A DNA stretch of 64,000 bases, from NCBI GenBank assembly GCA_051294905.1, contig CM119371.1, forward strand, positions 12,898,001 to 12,962,000, in the 5' to 3' direction. The position numbers were made by a program, and so were the translations under genes. Origin of the DNA: Botryllus schlosseri. Its lineage: Eukaryota. The first letter of the stretch is position 1. Each line of letters starts with the position of its first letter. Below are positions 53,301 through 63,770 of the stretch, one piece after another. Under the pieces are notes generated by a model, which saw only the letters and a program-made list of their open reading frames with translations, did not search any database and was not told where the DNA came from.

Positions 53301-56300
53301 TTGTTCTGATAATTTTTTCATTACACAGCGTCTCATAGTTGCCAGGGTATTGGCAGTCATGGTTGGAGAGTTGTTTGTTCTCTCTTTCCATTTTTGAAAA
53401 GTTCCTACGGTTACTCCTGCCGAGTTTTCAAGTTTGGCTAAGAAGTAACATCTCATTATTTCTTTATACTCTTCTTTACTCCATCTGTGTCTCTTCTTTT
53501 TTTCTTTTGCAGCAGAGCTGTTTTGTGGGCCACAGTTCGGTGTTGCACAGGCGCCATGTTGAGAAATATCTTCTCTTTGGTGTTCCTGTGTGGTCGGAGT
53601 TGACGAGTCCTCTGGGGTCATCCGCTTGGTCCCACGGCGGGTACGTCCAGGTGCGATATATCCAGATCGTTTCGCAGGCATCCACAGCAGTGATGCGTCA
53701 GTGCAGAAGTTAGGTTACGTTAAAGTAATTAATTAATTATTAATTAATGCTTAATACAACCAAATACTCCAATTATTATTATTATTATTAATTACGTGCC
53801 CTTTATTTTCCCATACAACAGCTCACTCAACGCTACTGGTAAATCTGATTACGTGGGCTGGGAGGATAAAAAGTTTATAGCGACTTATATGTAATTACCA
53901 CCTATTCATTCATGCATTATAGAAATTGTTGGTACCTAGGACGACCAGGCCACACAAACTTTGCTAACCATCGAAATCACGCTACGGGGTTCTTGGGGCG
54001 AAGCCCTCAGAAGTTTGGCTTATCACGCTATGGGTGCGCAAGGCAATCGTTTTTAGGGTGGGTTGACGAAGTGCTGTTACGGCCCTCCCTCTTACTCATT
54101 TTCTTTATTACATTCCTTACAATATGAGGTTGGGGGGCGCTGGAGCACGATAGTTTTTGAAAGGGGGCGCTGGAGGAAAAAAGGTTGAGAACCTCTGATT
54201 TATTCCATACCTAGTTTATACTATACCCAAATTACCCAAAATAATATTCTTCAAATTAAAACTTACTCTTACCACCATTTACAAAATGCATTGCCATACC
54301 TTGTAGTATGATCACCCATCACAAACTTAAGCAATATTAGGATATACAACCACGATTTTTATGCTGTCTGCAAAGAAGTTGAAAAATTGTGTGAAAAATG
54401 AAAAACTTACAATTCCGCATTGAAGCTATAATCTGCCTTAACCCACGAAGTGCGACGATGAAGACATCGTGCCATGTAACGGATTAATCAGCCGCGACAG
54501 CTAGAGCGTGAAGGTCCTGTGGAAATTTCAATAAATTGCTGCTCCATTACGGCGGCGTTATGAAGGAAATGGCTGCGGCCAAAATTGTTTCTTCGTTTTG
54601 CCCTTCAATTTGAGACCACATCCTTTTTAGAGCGCAGTGCCCCTTTAACGTCTCTTTCCACTGCCTGGTTGTGCCAATTATAATTGAGCCTTAATGGCGA
54701 TGGCCTTAGATTTTCTTGCTCGAGATATGACTAGTTTTTGATTTCTGGTGGCTGTTCCATATCTTTTAGATTCAAGTTGACAATTTGGTGGTTTGATTTA
54801 GCCTTGATGTTTATAATTGGGATTTTAAACAATCTGATTCCAGTGCCAACGTTGTTTTTAGGTTTTGGTTCGTTAACATATCCTCCTTCAAAGTCGTCAA
54901 TTGGAAACTGGTATTCTGTTTGATCTGCTCATAGTTGTATTCTTGTTAACTGCAAGTCTTCTGAGGCCTTCATCATCATCCCTGGGCATTCCCAGAAAAC
55001 ATTTTCCGTATGTGCAAAATATGCCTTTTGCTGTAGCACCGATAGTGCAAGTTTACGAATTCGTGTATCAGAAGGCTTTGTAACATGGGAAACTATGTTG
55101 TAGAAGTTTTTAGCGCCATCAACAATGGAATTGTGCAGTTGATCTGTCCCACATAGACCACAGATGACTTTCTCGAACATGGAGCCTCAAAATTCGGCAT
55201 GTTCTATGTGGGATTTTAACGGCATCATTGCGATGCGATGGGGATCACAGCTATGAGTACGCCTGCCACAGTCATCATCAGTTCATCCACATATTTTGTC
55301 TGTCGTGTGCGAAATATTTTTGAAATATTGTTTTCGCTAATCATCTCGTACGTGGTGCAAAAGACCTAATCGGTTATAAGCGCCACTATTCTGACTTCTC
55401 CGTGTATTGCATAGGAATAACAATTTGAATGTATTACTGAAATTTTTAAAATTTACTCCAATCTCGCCATTTTCCTTTGGGGGCAGGTGGCTCCCCGGAT
55501 TATGTGTGTATCTACCAGTTTTACTGTGAATAAAGAATATAATAATAACGGACTTGTGAATCACAGCATAATTTCTGTAATTTCGATTCTTCATCTTCAA
55601 TCATCTCTACCTCTGCTCTGTAACCCTTGCCAATTCTTCATCTGCTGCAATTCTGTAATCTGACTTCTCCGTGTATTGCATAGGAATAACAATTTGAATG
55701 TATTACTGAAATTTTAAAAATTAACTCCAATCTCGCCATTTTCCTTTGGGGGCAGGTTGCTCCCCGTAATATGTGTGTATCTACCAGCTTTACTGTGAAT
55801 AAAGAATATAATAATAATAAATCCACATATTTTGCCGTCACTGTCTATCTCTTTTACGACATCTCAAGAAAACTAGCTTTTCTGCTTTTAAAAGTAGCAT
55901 TCCTGCAGAGTGCTTAATAATTACCATATTTTGCCATATAAATGGTATTTTTAATCACCTAATAATAAAGAAATTTCACTCTAGCCTCAATCATTCAAGG
56001 AACCGGTGGCGATGTGCACTTTACGGTGAAAGACCAAGCAAAATTCAAAGTGGTGCTTGATCAAAGTACATCACGCCGTAAAGGTGAGTTTATTTGAATA
56101 TTTTCCCGTTCGCATCGTAGTACCTGTATGGTTGTTGTAAGAAAATACATGATGTCCACGAAAATGTTCATCAAAGAGCTATATCGTTGCAGTTAAATGA
56201 ACGACTCATTCAGGTGTTGAACCTCGAACCACCATCAGCATTTCAAGAATTTAAAGCAATGCTAAGTCGAAACCTATTGTGCTGCGCACAAATTACTTTG

Positions 56301-59300
56301 CTGAATTGAGTAGCTTATCAACGATAGCAATCCCTCATGATATATTTCCCGACGCGATTTTCACTTCTATGCATATATATTCCGCATCTGTGGCATTGCT
56401 GATTGGGATGAGTGTTAATGTTCGCAAAATAACTTTATCTGTTGACATGAGATGGAAATGGGATGAAGAAGCGGTGATCGACCATTTTACTATTCACTGC
56501 CGCATTTTGATTACATATATATTGCTTACTGGGCAACTTCGCACCGAGGAAAGTCCTTGTACAGTTCTGTGCCATCACTGTTTTCTTGTGACATATACCT
56601 TGCGCACGGAAGTTTCTAATTGTCGAACACTCCTGAACTTGCCCCTAGACCAAGGGTGGGCAACTTCTCCAGTCGGCGGGCCGGATATAGAAAGATTGGG
56701 TACTTGGCGGGCCAGATTGCTGAATCGATACATTATTTGCCCATTAATTCATACATATATCATAGATGGAATAGATCGTATTTAATGACAGTAGTTTAAC
56801 GAAGCAATGATATTTCAAAGCTACTTGTCGCCGATAATGACGAAGATAATGTAGATTTGATAACAACATTGTCATGTAGTTCTGATACTTTTTTGAACAC
56901 GCACCCCTTTTTGATAGTGAAAAATTCCGCGCATCTCTTATCGTGATATCACAAATATCAAAGAGGTGAATCAGAATGCTACCCCCCCCCCCCACCCCAA
57001 CGGATAGTTTGATGGCAATAAAAGTTATGGCTATTGATGAGATAATTCTGAAATATGAAATTCGGACAATAGATAGAGTAAACAGCATGAGCTTGAGGAA
57101 AATCGCGTGGAGTGCGAAAATTTTATTCAGTTAACTGTGACTTCGAGCCTCCTTCAGATGCTTTCACGCCTCCCAGCTTGAGAACCACTCTGATACATGC
57201 ACCGCCAATAATGCTTTTCTCCGATCAATCAACACACGGTGGTGCAATCCTTAATTAGGATTTTAAGTTGTTTGATAAGCCCGGTACCCCAAATTTACCA
57301 AGATATCAATTCATTAGGATTGAGTAGGTGGCGAGAAAGCGCTGTGGTATAATCCACAGCTACAAAACCCAATGTGTTGTGGGTTCGAGTCCGACTCTAG
57401 AATTGCTACTTAAGTGTTGGAGGTTTATCTAGACTCCTCCTCGCCTCGACTCCACTACTAAGCGGTGTCTCACAAAAGCCTTAACGCGTACCGTGCTACC
57501 AGTTGGTGGTTACGAAAGCAGTCGACAAACACCATGATTACCACAAAAACATTGGGGTTAAGTAGCTCCATAGTAAATGCTGACAGTGCAAGTCTTCTCG
57601 CTTCGACGAATTTACCCGTTAGCTCAACTCTCACACGCTGCTGCGCAGTGCACACACACGAATATATTACCATACAGTCACTTAAATTTGACGTAGTAAG
57701 CAAGTAGTGGGGAATCTCCGCAGACTGACCGGCTGCAGGCCACATTATCATGTGAGGCGGGAAGTGGCTCGCGGGCCGGACAAAATGCCGTCGTGGGCCG
57801 GGGCCGTAAGTTGCCCGGCCCTGCCCTAAACAATACTTGCTTAGAATGTGAGGCTGCTGTCCGCCACAAACTCATCCTAGATATTTTAGAATCCTCTATC
57901 TTTCAGTCGTCACGCTACGAAAATCGCTACAAACTTGCAACAACAACAAAAAGGCAGTTGGAGTAGAAAGGTCAATTAGGCTATGTTCCGACACGGCACT
58001 GAAATCAATGAGTGGCGCTTTATCAGGTGTCGGGATCCTGTCTGCTGCACACTAAATCTGGCAATCTGGGTACTAAGCAAGCGTTGCGTATCAACTATCT
58101 TCTTTTGTCAAATACAAGCAGTCCAAATGAATATACGGAACAGCTTATTCAGAAGATACACGTTAAATGGCGAGATTCGCAAGATTGCTTGCTCGTCCGA
58201 TAACAGTTGAAAAGGAGAATGAAACAACAGCAACAGCGAAATATAAAGGTTAACGAGAACGGACGGCGCAATAATTAACCAATCATCAACCAAACAGAAC
58301 AATTAAGAGGTGTCGAGGAAAATAACGGAACGCAAATAAAGGACAGTTGAATTAAACTGATTCACTAAAACATCCAAACTGATTAACTAAAAACATGACT
58401 CGTCAAAACACTCCCCCACTTGACCGACTATGATCGGTCAACAGATTCTTCTATCAGCAAATCTTTCCAACTTGTCGTTCAACGAAATCCATGGATCAGG
58501 TTTCAACGAAACGTCCATTGACGCGGCTGTTTCAACTTCACCTTTGTGGTGGATTCGTCCCAACGCAGTAGGCAATAATGTGTCTGTATCGAAATCCCGA
58601 AACGCGGGAGTGGAAACGTCAACAGTTGATACCATACACTTAGCGTCAATCAATGGTCCCGCAGAAACGTGTAACAATTTGTGGTGGGGTTTCCCACAGC
58701 CAGTAACGGAACAACGCTCCATACATTGATGAAAATGCTTCGGGTGGTGTTTGTGTCCTTTCGGGGATAAGCATCTAAAACACACTTTACCAGCCTTCAT
58801 AACCAAGTCAGCCAATCGCTGGGCGGGATTTAATTTCAGAAATTTAAAACAATCTTTCAATAAATGAGGTTTTGAGCAGTAGGTGCATGATAGCTGGACG
58901 GATTGAACCACGAGAGACTGGGCAGAAAATGAATTGTCAGGTTTATCGGTACCAACACTAACCAGCTCATCTTTATGTGGGGGCTTTTCACGTACGTCAA
59001 CAGGGCAACGCCCATTCTGCGACTTACGCAACGATTCCATCGTCGCCAACTCGGTTCTTAGAAACTCAAACAGGAGATCAGAATCAGGAATCTTATCGGC
59101 TTCGATCAAGGGGCTAGTTTTTCTGATCCAAAGCTCATGCAACGTACCAGGCAACTGGGACTCTAGTACCTGTGTAAAGAGTTGGTCCCAAGAGACGTCA
59201 TACTGCGATAAAACGGCCCTTTTAGCAGTAGCGGCATCGAGAAGTTGTCTGACTTTGTCGATCTTAAATTCTACTTTCTCACCCTGTAGTAAGTCTTCGA

Positions 59301-62300
59301 TGTGATTTCTCACGATCGCTTGCTTCTTTCCGTACCTTTTAAGAACGGCCTCTACTGCAGGCTCATAATTCACTGCCGCCGAGGGGAAACCATTGAGAAG
59401 GCCGGATGACGAACCTTTAAGAGCTGCCTTTAAATACGAGATTTTGTAAAACGGACTGACCTTTGGATTTTTGTGAACCAATGGCTCGAACGACTCCCAA
59501 AATGCCGGAAAAGTCAAAATATCGCCATTGAATGTAGGCGGCACTATTCCACTCGGGAGGGATCCAGCAGCTTTTTCCGCTTCTTCGGCAGCTTTCAGCG
59601 ATGAAGACTTGGATTTGGCAAGAGGAATGTGTACAAAATAAATTTCTTTTGATCTTCTCATGCCATCAATGATTTCGGTCTTGAAATCACCATCGTCAAG
59701 CTGGTCGACTTTTGAATCCACGAATGCCTTGAGATCGGTCATTGATATTTCTACCGACCGTATGAAGACCTCAATTTCTTCGACGAAGGTGGAATGTGCA
59801 TGTTTCTTCTCCAGAGCTTGCAAAGACTCTAAGAGGTCAGCATTCATGCGCCTGAACTTCTTTATAACAACCTCGTGTAGACATGAATGTTCACTTCTTG
59901 CCGATGAATGGTTATCGGACTGCTGGCGAATTTCTTCTAATTTATCGGACTGCTGCCGAATTTCTTCTAATTGCAGTCTGAATCGTCTTTCGGATTCTTC
60001 ACGGTCTTGGGCGTGTTTCTGCTTGATCTCCTCGAGCTGCAGCTGAAACTTACGGTCAGAAGCTTCCCGATCTAATTGCTGCTGCTGCCGATCGAGATCT
60101 AGCTGATGCTTCATCATCTGAAAAAGCATAACCAGTTCAGATGATGTACTCTCGGTGGTGCTCAATGGAGAGGGCTTTGGTTCTTTCTTTTGTGAAGGTT
60201 TGTCGGAATCTCGGATTTTCCCTAATCGGTCAGTCAATACAGCTTCGCTCCCACTTGTAGCTTCGCCAAGTTCTTGTAATTCGGGTCGTAAATCGTCGAC
60301 CGTCATCTTAGCTAATGGCTTCCAAGTCGGTGCCAAGGTTGGAGACTTGGGAGATTCCGATGGAGACTTCACAAACGACATCGTTCAATTGAATATAACA
60401 ACTATGTAAATGTAGCAGATTTAGTGCCAAGCAGAGTCGATCGATCTTCGTAGCGCAGCAGAGTCTTGAATATAGAGTAATACCATGCGGCGCCTGAATC
60501 GAAGAGCGTCTCGAAGATATCGGCTTTAATAGGCTTCTTGCGAATTGTTCCGACACGGCACTGAAATCAATGAGTGGCGCTTTATCAGGTGTCGGGATCC
60601 TGTCTGCTGCACACTAAATCTGGCAATCTGGGTACTAAGCAAGCGTTGCGTATCAACTATCTTCTTTTGTCAAATACAAGCAGTCCAAATGAATATACGG
60701 AACAGCTTATTCAGAAGATACACGTTAAATGGCGAGATTCGCAAGATTGCTTGCTCGTCCGATAACAGTTGAAAAGGAGAATGAAACAACAGCAACAGCG
60801 AAATATAAAGGTTAACGAGAACGGACGGCGCAATAATTAACCAATCATCAACCAAACAGAACAATTAAGAGGTGTCGAGGAAAATAACGGAACGCAAATA
60901 AAGGACAGTTGAATTAAACTGATTCACTAAAACATCCAAACTGATTAACTAAAAACATGACTCGTCAAAACAGGCTATGACTGCGAAATGTTTGCAAAAC
61001 ATTTTGTATTTGAAGTTTTCAGGATCGGCAAATTAGTGAACAGTCGTTTAAAATACAAATTCCTCATGTGTTTCCCAAATTTGACCAAAATAAGGGATTG
61101 AAACCTCGCGACGGAACCATTTTCTCCTGTGAACTTCCAGAAGAAATGGTAGCTCCCAGTAAACACTTTACAGACCAAAGATGTAGAAAAGCTGAGTCGA
61201 TATAGTAGATATTAGATCTCGGCAGGTCGTAGAAAGGGGGATTTTGTGTCGACTCGTTTTAATGTCTTTCAAGAATGTAAATATTACGCATATACTACAG
61301 CGTTTTTAACAGCGCGCGGGATGTAGATCCGCTGGTTAAAAGACCACCCTGACACACTCCCTTCCTGCTTCACCTATTTAGGCATACCTGATCATAATAG
61401 CATGCCGTCACATATGCAATGGTATCCACTACCCATTACCTTGTATTATATAAAGATCATAAAACAGATAATAACATGAAATGAGTTGGAGAAGCGAAAA
61501 CAAATTAGAATTGACATTATAGAAAAAGCCAATACAATTAACAATACAATAAAACGAGGATCAAGAAACTTTACTGAGTGGATAATATGTCTCTGCAATG
61601 AGTAATAAAATTGCTTTCAAGTGTAGGCAGATACAAAATATTACAGTTACTATGACAAATATCCATACATATTAGGATACAGCACATGAAAAGTTTACTA
61701 TATAGTCAATAGACCGAACCAAGAACATCCAAATATCATCATATTACGGAAGTAGATACTGAGGTCAGCGGAGTGCATGGATTCAGTGACAGAAAGGTTT
61801 ATGTAACAGTTATGGCACAGTGCGCAAGGATTAGGTTGGAGAGATAAATACTCGAGTCTAGAAAGTGGAATGATACTCTGCCTGGTTAGCTGAAGACCTA
61901 ACAATATTGTGTACAGAGAACAAAACATTTGAGTGGCTGCACTGGTATAGACATTACCAAATTATTAGAATTGACAGCAAGATAACCAACAAGACATTAA
62001 AATGAGAATTAGCGCAGTTTCTTAGGCTGTAGTGATACTCAGCCAGGAAAGTAATTGACCTAGCAGAGAGCAAAACGTTGTAAATAAAGCGAGCGAAACC
62101 TCCGACAAATGATACGATAAAAGATTAGAATCGACAGTCTTACTAGAAGCAGAATAACTATCATGAGGGGTTAGACAACAGAAGCCCGGGAAGTGACCAT
62201 CAGAAATTACTGCATACTGGCCGAACAAATTCATGACCACTAACAAATTGTCTTTTAATAGTCAATATTGATACCAAATGACACCACCCCTATTTCACCG

Positions 62301-63034
62301 CAACATTTAGCAAATACAGCGCTGGAGTCAACCTTATATAAGCGCTAACCAAACGCCCCATTAGTTTTCCCATCTACTACTTAGCGCTTCGCGGATGGGA
62401 ATACGCATTAAAGCGAACGGACACGACTTGTCATACTCTTGCTATTTCTGCTCCTTATTTCTCTTCGTTCCTCTTCTATGTCGCTTCCGCTTGAGGAGAA
62501 AAACAGTCGGAGGCGTTTACGGATCGTGAATTCCCGGCTTAAGGGTGATTCTTCCTCCAATGGTCAGCACCTTGAAAATTGAGAACAATGTTGTTGCAAA
62601 ATGCATGACAATTTGAAAGTTACATCATTCTAATTATTGCAGTTATGGCCGTGAATCGTTACAAGTGCGGTAACCATAAGTATTATAACTATACTTCAAC
62701 TACAATATATTGTATAAAATAATTAACAGTTCTTTTACGTTGATCGAGTCCCAAATAGATGAAATATGTCAAAGAATTGGTTAAAATTTTTTGTATAATT
62801 TGACAGATTCCGAAATCTTCTCAGAGTGCACCTTTCAAAAATTTGATATCAAGACTCCCAACATTTTACAATTCGAAGTTGGATGGCTTAACCAATACAA
62901 GCGAAAAGTTTGTATCGCAATTGACAATTATGTAGAGAACGCTGCGAGACATGTGAGTAGGCCTACCCTTAAACGTTTCTCTGACATGGACATTAGGGCT
63001 CTTAAAAAATTTGAAAATTTTCTGTTCACCCAAT
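44338..63034 (+). CDS. Putative host gene of unknown product; coding exons 44338-44404, 55985-56083, 62807-63034 (continues beyond the window)
   Basis: AG/GT-bounded, stop-free, all phase 1: MAERRQYEDSDVADVPSSSSNK / ASIIQGTGGDVHFTVKDQAKFKVVLDQSTSRRK / DSEIFSECTFQKFD...FLFTQ. Confidence 0.4.
47958..48260 (-). mobile_element. Third, doubly truncated R4/Dong-like copy; a further fragment lies at ~47355-47435
   Basis: Nearly identical to the endonuclease region of the 50002-52650 ORF. Confidence 0.85.
48261..49727 (-). mobile_element. Second, 5'-truncated R4/Dong-like copy with a complete 3' UTR
   Basis: Near-identical to 49730-51192; a small lesion near 49340 splits the ORF. Confidence 0.92.
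50002..52650 (-). CDS. Reverse transcriptase with C-terminal CCHC finger and PD-(D/E)XK restriction-like endonuclease
   Basis: KAAGPD, YRPITCL, IDYKKAFDSV, GIFQGDSFSP, FMDD, CRMC..H..SGC, RHN, RPDI..IEL. Confidence 0.95.
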   Translation of the reverse strand: MTMLQEELKMRICAKAQRLKRYKKRETQYRQNLLFTRKPGQFFRMMKQKSNHKITSSKIPATAELESFWKEIWETEKLHNSNATWIQDLHTDHLQTPEQQWSEITKQEIKEALKSSLNWKAAGPDQIKNFWLKKLTATHNYLAATYNELLSSTNSHEIPAWFTQGITYLIPKNENTRDPKNYRPITCLTTMYKTLTKILAKRSYKHLENLLPPEQKGCKEGALGCKDHLLLDKTILENCKRRHTNLSMAWIDYKKAFDSVPHTWILKTMRMYKMNPIIIRFIEDSMKNWHTKLLIKHDQGETETCTIQIRNGIFQGDSFSPLLFCLSLAPLSELLRKNETGYVMKKAANSEGQKIHHLLFMDDLKLYAKSDADLNNQMKIVHEFSEDIKMKFGLDKCSKLTIRRGRVTSTGDMTFKLGETITELNAEDHYKYLGICESDNIKHAAMKSSLKKEYISRLKSILKTELNSKNKINAINSLAVPVLRYSFGVVNWRKDEIKKLDTKTRKLMTMHHMHHPKSDTQRLYIPRKKGGRGLQEIEQTFKTEIIGLSQYINSSENIYCILIAQEDKQRKTKSLSYRHDKYVREVNMETANLYTAENTVAKPTTIAKAARVQYKNAMLKMRETIWESMPLHGQHKKLTSQPHVDELSWTWLSSSGLKPASEGFIFAAQDQSLPTKYYRKRILKQNTDGKCRMCHNQNETVAHLMSGCGALAATEYTWRHNRIGHYIHLELCKHFNITTSTKNWYDYSPAPVTENEQVKILWDVPVITDREITSNRPDIIVKLKKKRECLFIELAVPADHNLLQKESEKHSKYADLKMECEKMWRCKINIVPIVIGATGVVSKKLMRHIHQIPGNVRFDMIQKITLLGTVHILRKALNAPLD
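52689..53681 (-). CDS. N-terminal part of the same retrotransposon protein, separated from the RT frame by a -1 shift
   Basis: RHRWSKEE..IMRCY and PAWQRRIE motifs typical of R4-clade N-termini; ends GTA AAA AAA TAG. Confidence 0.8.
   Translation of the reverse strand: MPAKRSGYIAPGRTRRGTKRMTPEDSSTPTTQEHQREDISQHGACATPNCGPQNSSAAKEKKKRHRWSKEEYKEIMRCYFLAKLENSAGVTVGTFQKWKERTNNSPTMTANTLATMRRCVMKKLSEQELAEIESEICDKNTENSEALELQFGQDDLYPQQPLDDLNIPEVESQNTIGHPNEPTSPNVDDMDTELELEIKNQIIDRMNSTLDINDRVNLPDLQITKKLKTDIAVANKILTETILPAINDKKGERPQCPLTIINNLIYSTAAVISERHCKIPRPVNKKRGSHTPAWQRRIENKIAKLRCDVAILSELKKGNVSRKVKNKVKK
55390..55820 (+). mobile_element. Two tandem 3'-UTR-only copies of the R4/Dong-like element
   Basis: Reverse complement of 49730-49998; each copy ends aataaagaatataataataa. 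Confidence 0.9.
56651..57823. mobile_element. hAT MITE with a nested MITE and a tRNA-derived SINE (57328-57540)
   Basis: TIRs caagggtgggcaact / agttgcccggccctg; TSD ccctagac/ccctaaac. Confidence 0.75.
57984..60972 (-). mobile_element. Non-autonomous BEL/Pao LTR retrotransposon; 427-bp LTRs at 57984-58410 and 60546-60972
   Basis: TG..CA LTRs identical by eye; 5-bp TSD ggcta; PPT agtgggggag at 58411-58420 (minus strand). Confidence 0.95.
58438..60381 (-). CDS. gag: BEL/Pao Gag: SAP-like N-terminus, coiled coil, DUF1759-type capsid, three zinc knuckles; truncated at the start of the protease
   Basis: LAKMTVDDLRPELQELGEATSGSEAVLTDRL; PTFNGD..FWESF..KISYL; CTYC..H..C, CFRC..H..C, C..C..HH..LH; LLPTA. 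Confidence 0.9.
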   Translation of the reverse strand: MSFVKSPSESPKSPTLAPTWKPLAKMTVDDLRPELQELGEATSGSEAVLTDRLGKIRDSDKPSQKKEPKPSPLSTTESTSSELVMLFQMMKHQLDLDRQQQQLDREASDRKFQLQLEEIKQKHAQDREESERRFRLQLEEIRQQSDKLEEIRQQSDNHSSARSEHSCLHEVVIKKFRRMNADLLESLQALEKKHAHSTFVEEIEVFIRSVEISMTDLKAFVDSKVDQLDDGDFKTEIIDGMRRSKEIYFVHIPLAKSKSSSLKAAEEAEKAAGSLPSGIVPPTFNGDILTFPAFWESFEPLVHKNPKVSPFYKISYLKAALKGSSSGLLNGFPSAAVNYEPAVEAVLKRYGKKQAIVRNHIEDLLQGEKVEFKIDKVRQLLDAATAKRAVLSQYDVSWDQLFTQVLESQLPGTLHELWIRKTSPLIEADKIPDSDLLFEFLRTELATMESLRKSQNGRCPVDVREKPPHKDELVSVGTDKPDNSFSAQSLVVQSVQLSCTYCSKPHLLKDCFKFLKLNPAQRLADLVMKAGKVCFRCLSPKGHKHHPKHFHQCMERCSVTGCGKPHHKLLHVSAGPLIDAKCMVSTVDVSTPAFRDFDTDTLLPTALGRIHHKGEVETAASMDVSLKPDPWISLNDKLERFADRRIC

Positions 63035-63322
63035 GTAAGTGTTAGGTTATGTATAGAAACGATGTTCATCAAATTTGGTTCGATTCAAACAACTGGAAGC
63101 GGAGTTATTGCCATCGAAAAATTTGGATTTGAATAAAATAGTATTTACGGTGGGCACCACTATAATAAATAATTAAAGAATTGTGTCACGCTGTCATACT
63201 GTTCTTCGGGTTTCAATAACGTTTATCATGAAGGTACTTTTGGAAGCAGTATCAAAATTTTGTACCACCAACCAGTTATTCAATTACTATTTATATTCAA
63301 AGTAAATGCTCATTGCATGAAG

Positions 63323-63770
63323 CAGTTGTTGTAATGACTCGAGTCATGATTTTCTGTTGACTCGACTTGACTCGGGTCATCTTCTCAAAGTAGGGAAATG
63401 ACTTGACTCATTGCGCATGACTTGAGACTCAGACGGCCAAGACCGACATTTCATGGTTATTTCAAAGAATAGTACATTAAACCGCTATTGGGATTTCGTC
63501 TATTGACACTGGTATTTGAAAGTGTGACCAGAAACTGCTAAATGTAAGGAAAATTAGTATATTATAAATGCGACCCACTCGATATCACAAAAAATGTAAA
63601 AAGCTGGTTTAACAGGACTTAAATTGAAAACTGAGCAGCTAACACAATGACTTAGACTCTAACTCGAGTCATAATACCATAACTCGGTGGTGAATTGAAA
63701 ATGACTCGAGTCAAAACTATAAAAGTGAGATTGACTTGTGACTCGGAGCCTTGTGACTTGGTTACAACTA
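63323..63770. mobile_element. (GACTCGAGTC)-repeat MITE, followed by the start of another MITE
   Basis: cagttgttgtaatgactcgagtc / gacttggttacaacta; related fragment at ~13890-14000. Confidence 0.6.

Larger units (their letters stand above)
49728..53725 (-). mobile_element. Near full-length R4/Dong-like non-LTR retrotransposon
   Basis: RT + CCHC + restriction-like endonuclease; ~270 bp 3' UTR ending in a TAA-rich tail; TAA/ATT microsatellite at the 5' flank (53727-53795). Confidence 0.9.
46029..54197. mobile_element. hAT-type element whose termini enclose the retrotransposon array
   Basis: cagtggttcttaacctt..ctccagcgccccc / gggggcgctggagg..aaggttgagaacctctg; degenerate TSD atttaccc/atttattc. 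Confidence 0.6.

Noticed and set aside
53655..53710. Ribozyme at the retrotransposon 5' end
   Set aside because: The CUGAC..GAAAC-like text lacks the full hammerhead core, and no HDV-like fold could be established by eye.
54250..55300. Possible LINE ORF1 (PHD/CCCH) remnant on the minus strand
   Set aside because: Cys/His hints only; too degraded to support.
48570..60556. Short antisense ORFs overlapping the RT and Gag ORFs, and most 60-130 aa ORFs in the track
   Set aside because: Shadow frames of TE coding sequence or chance ORFs in repeats.
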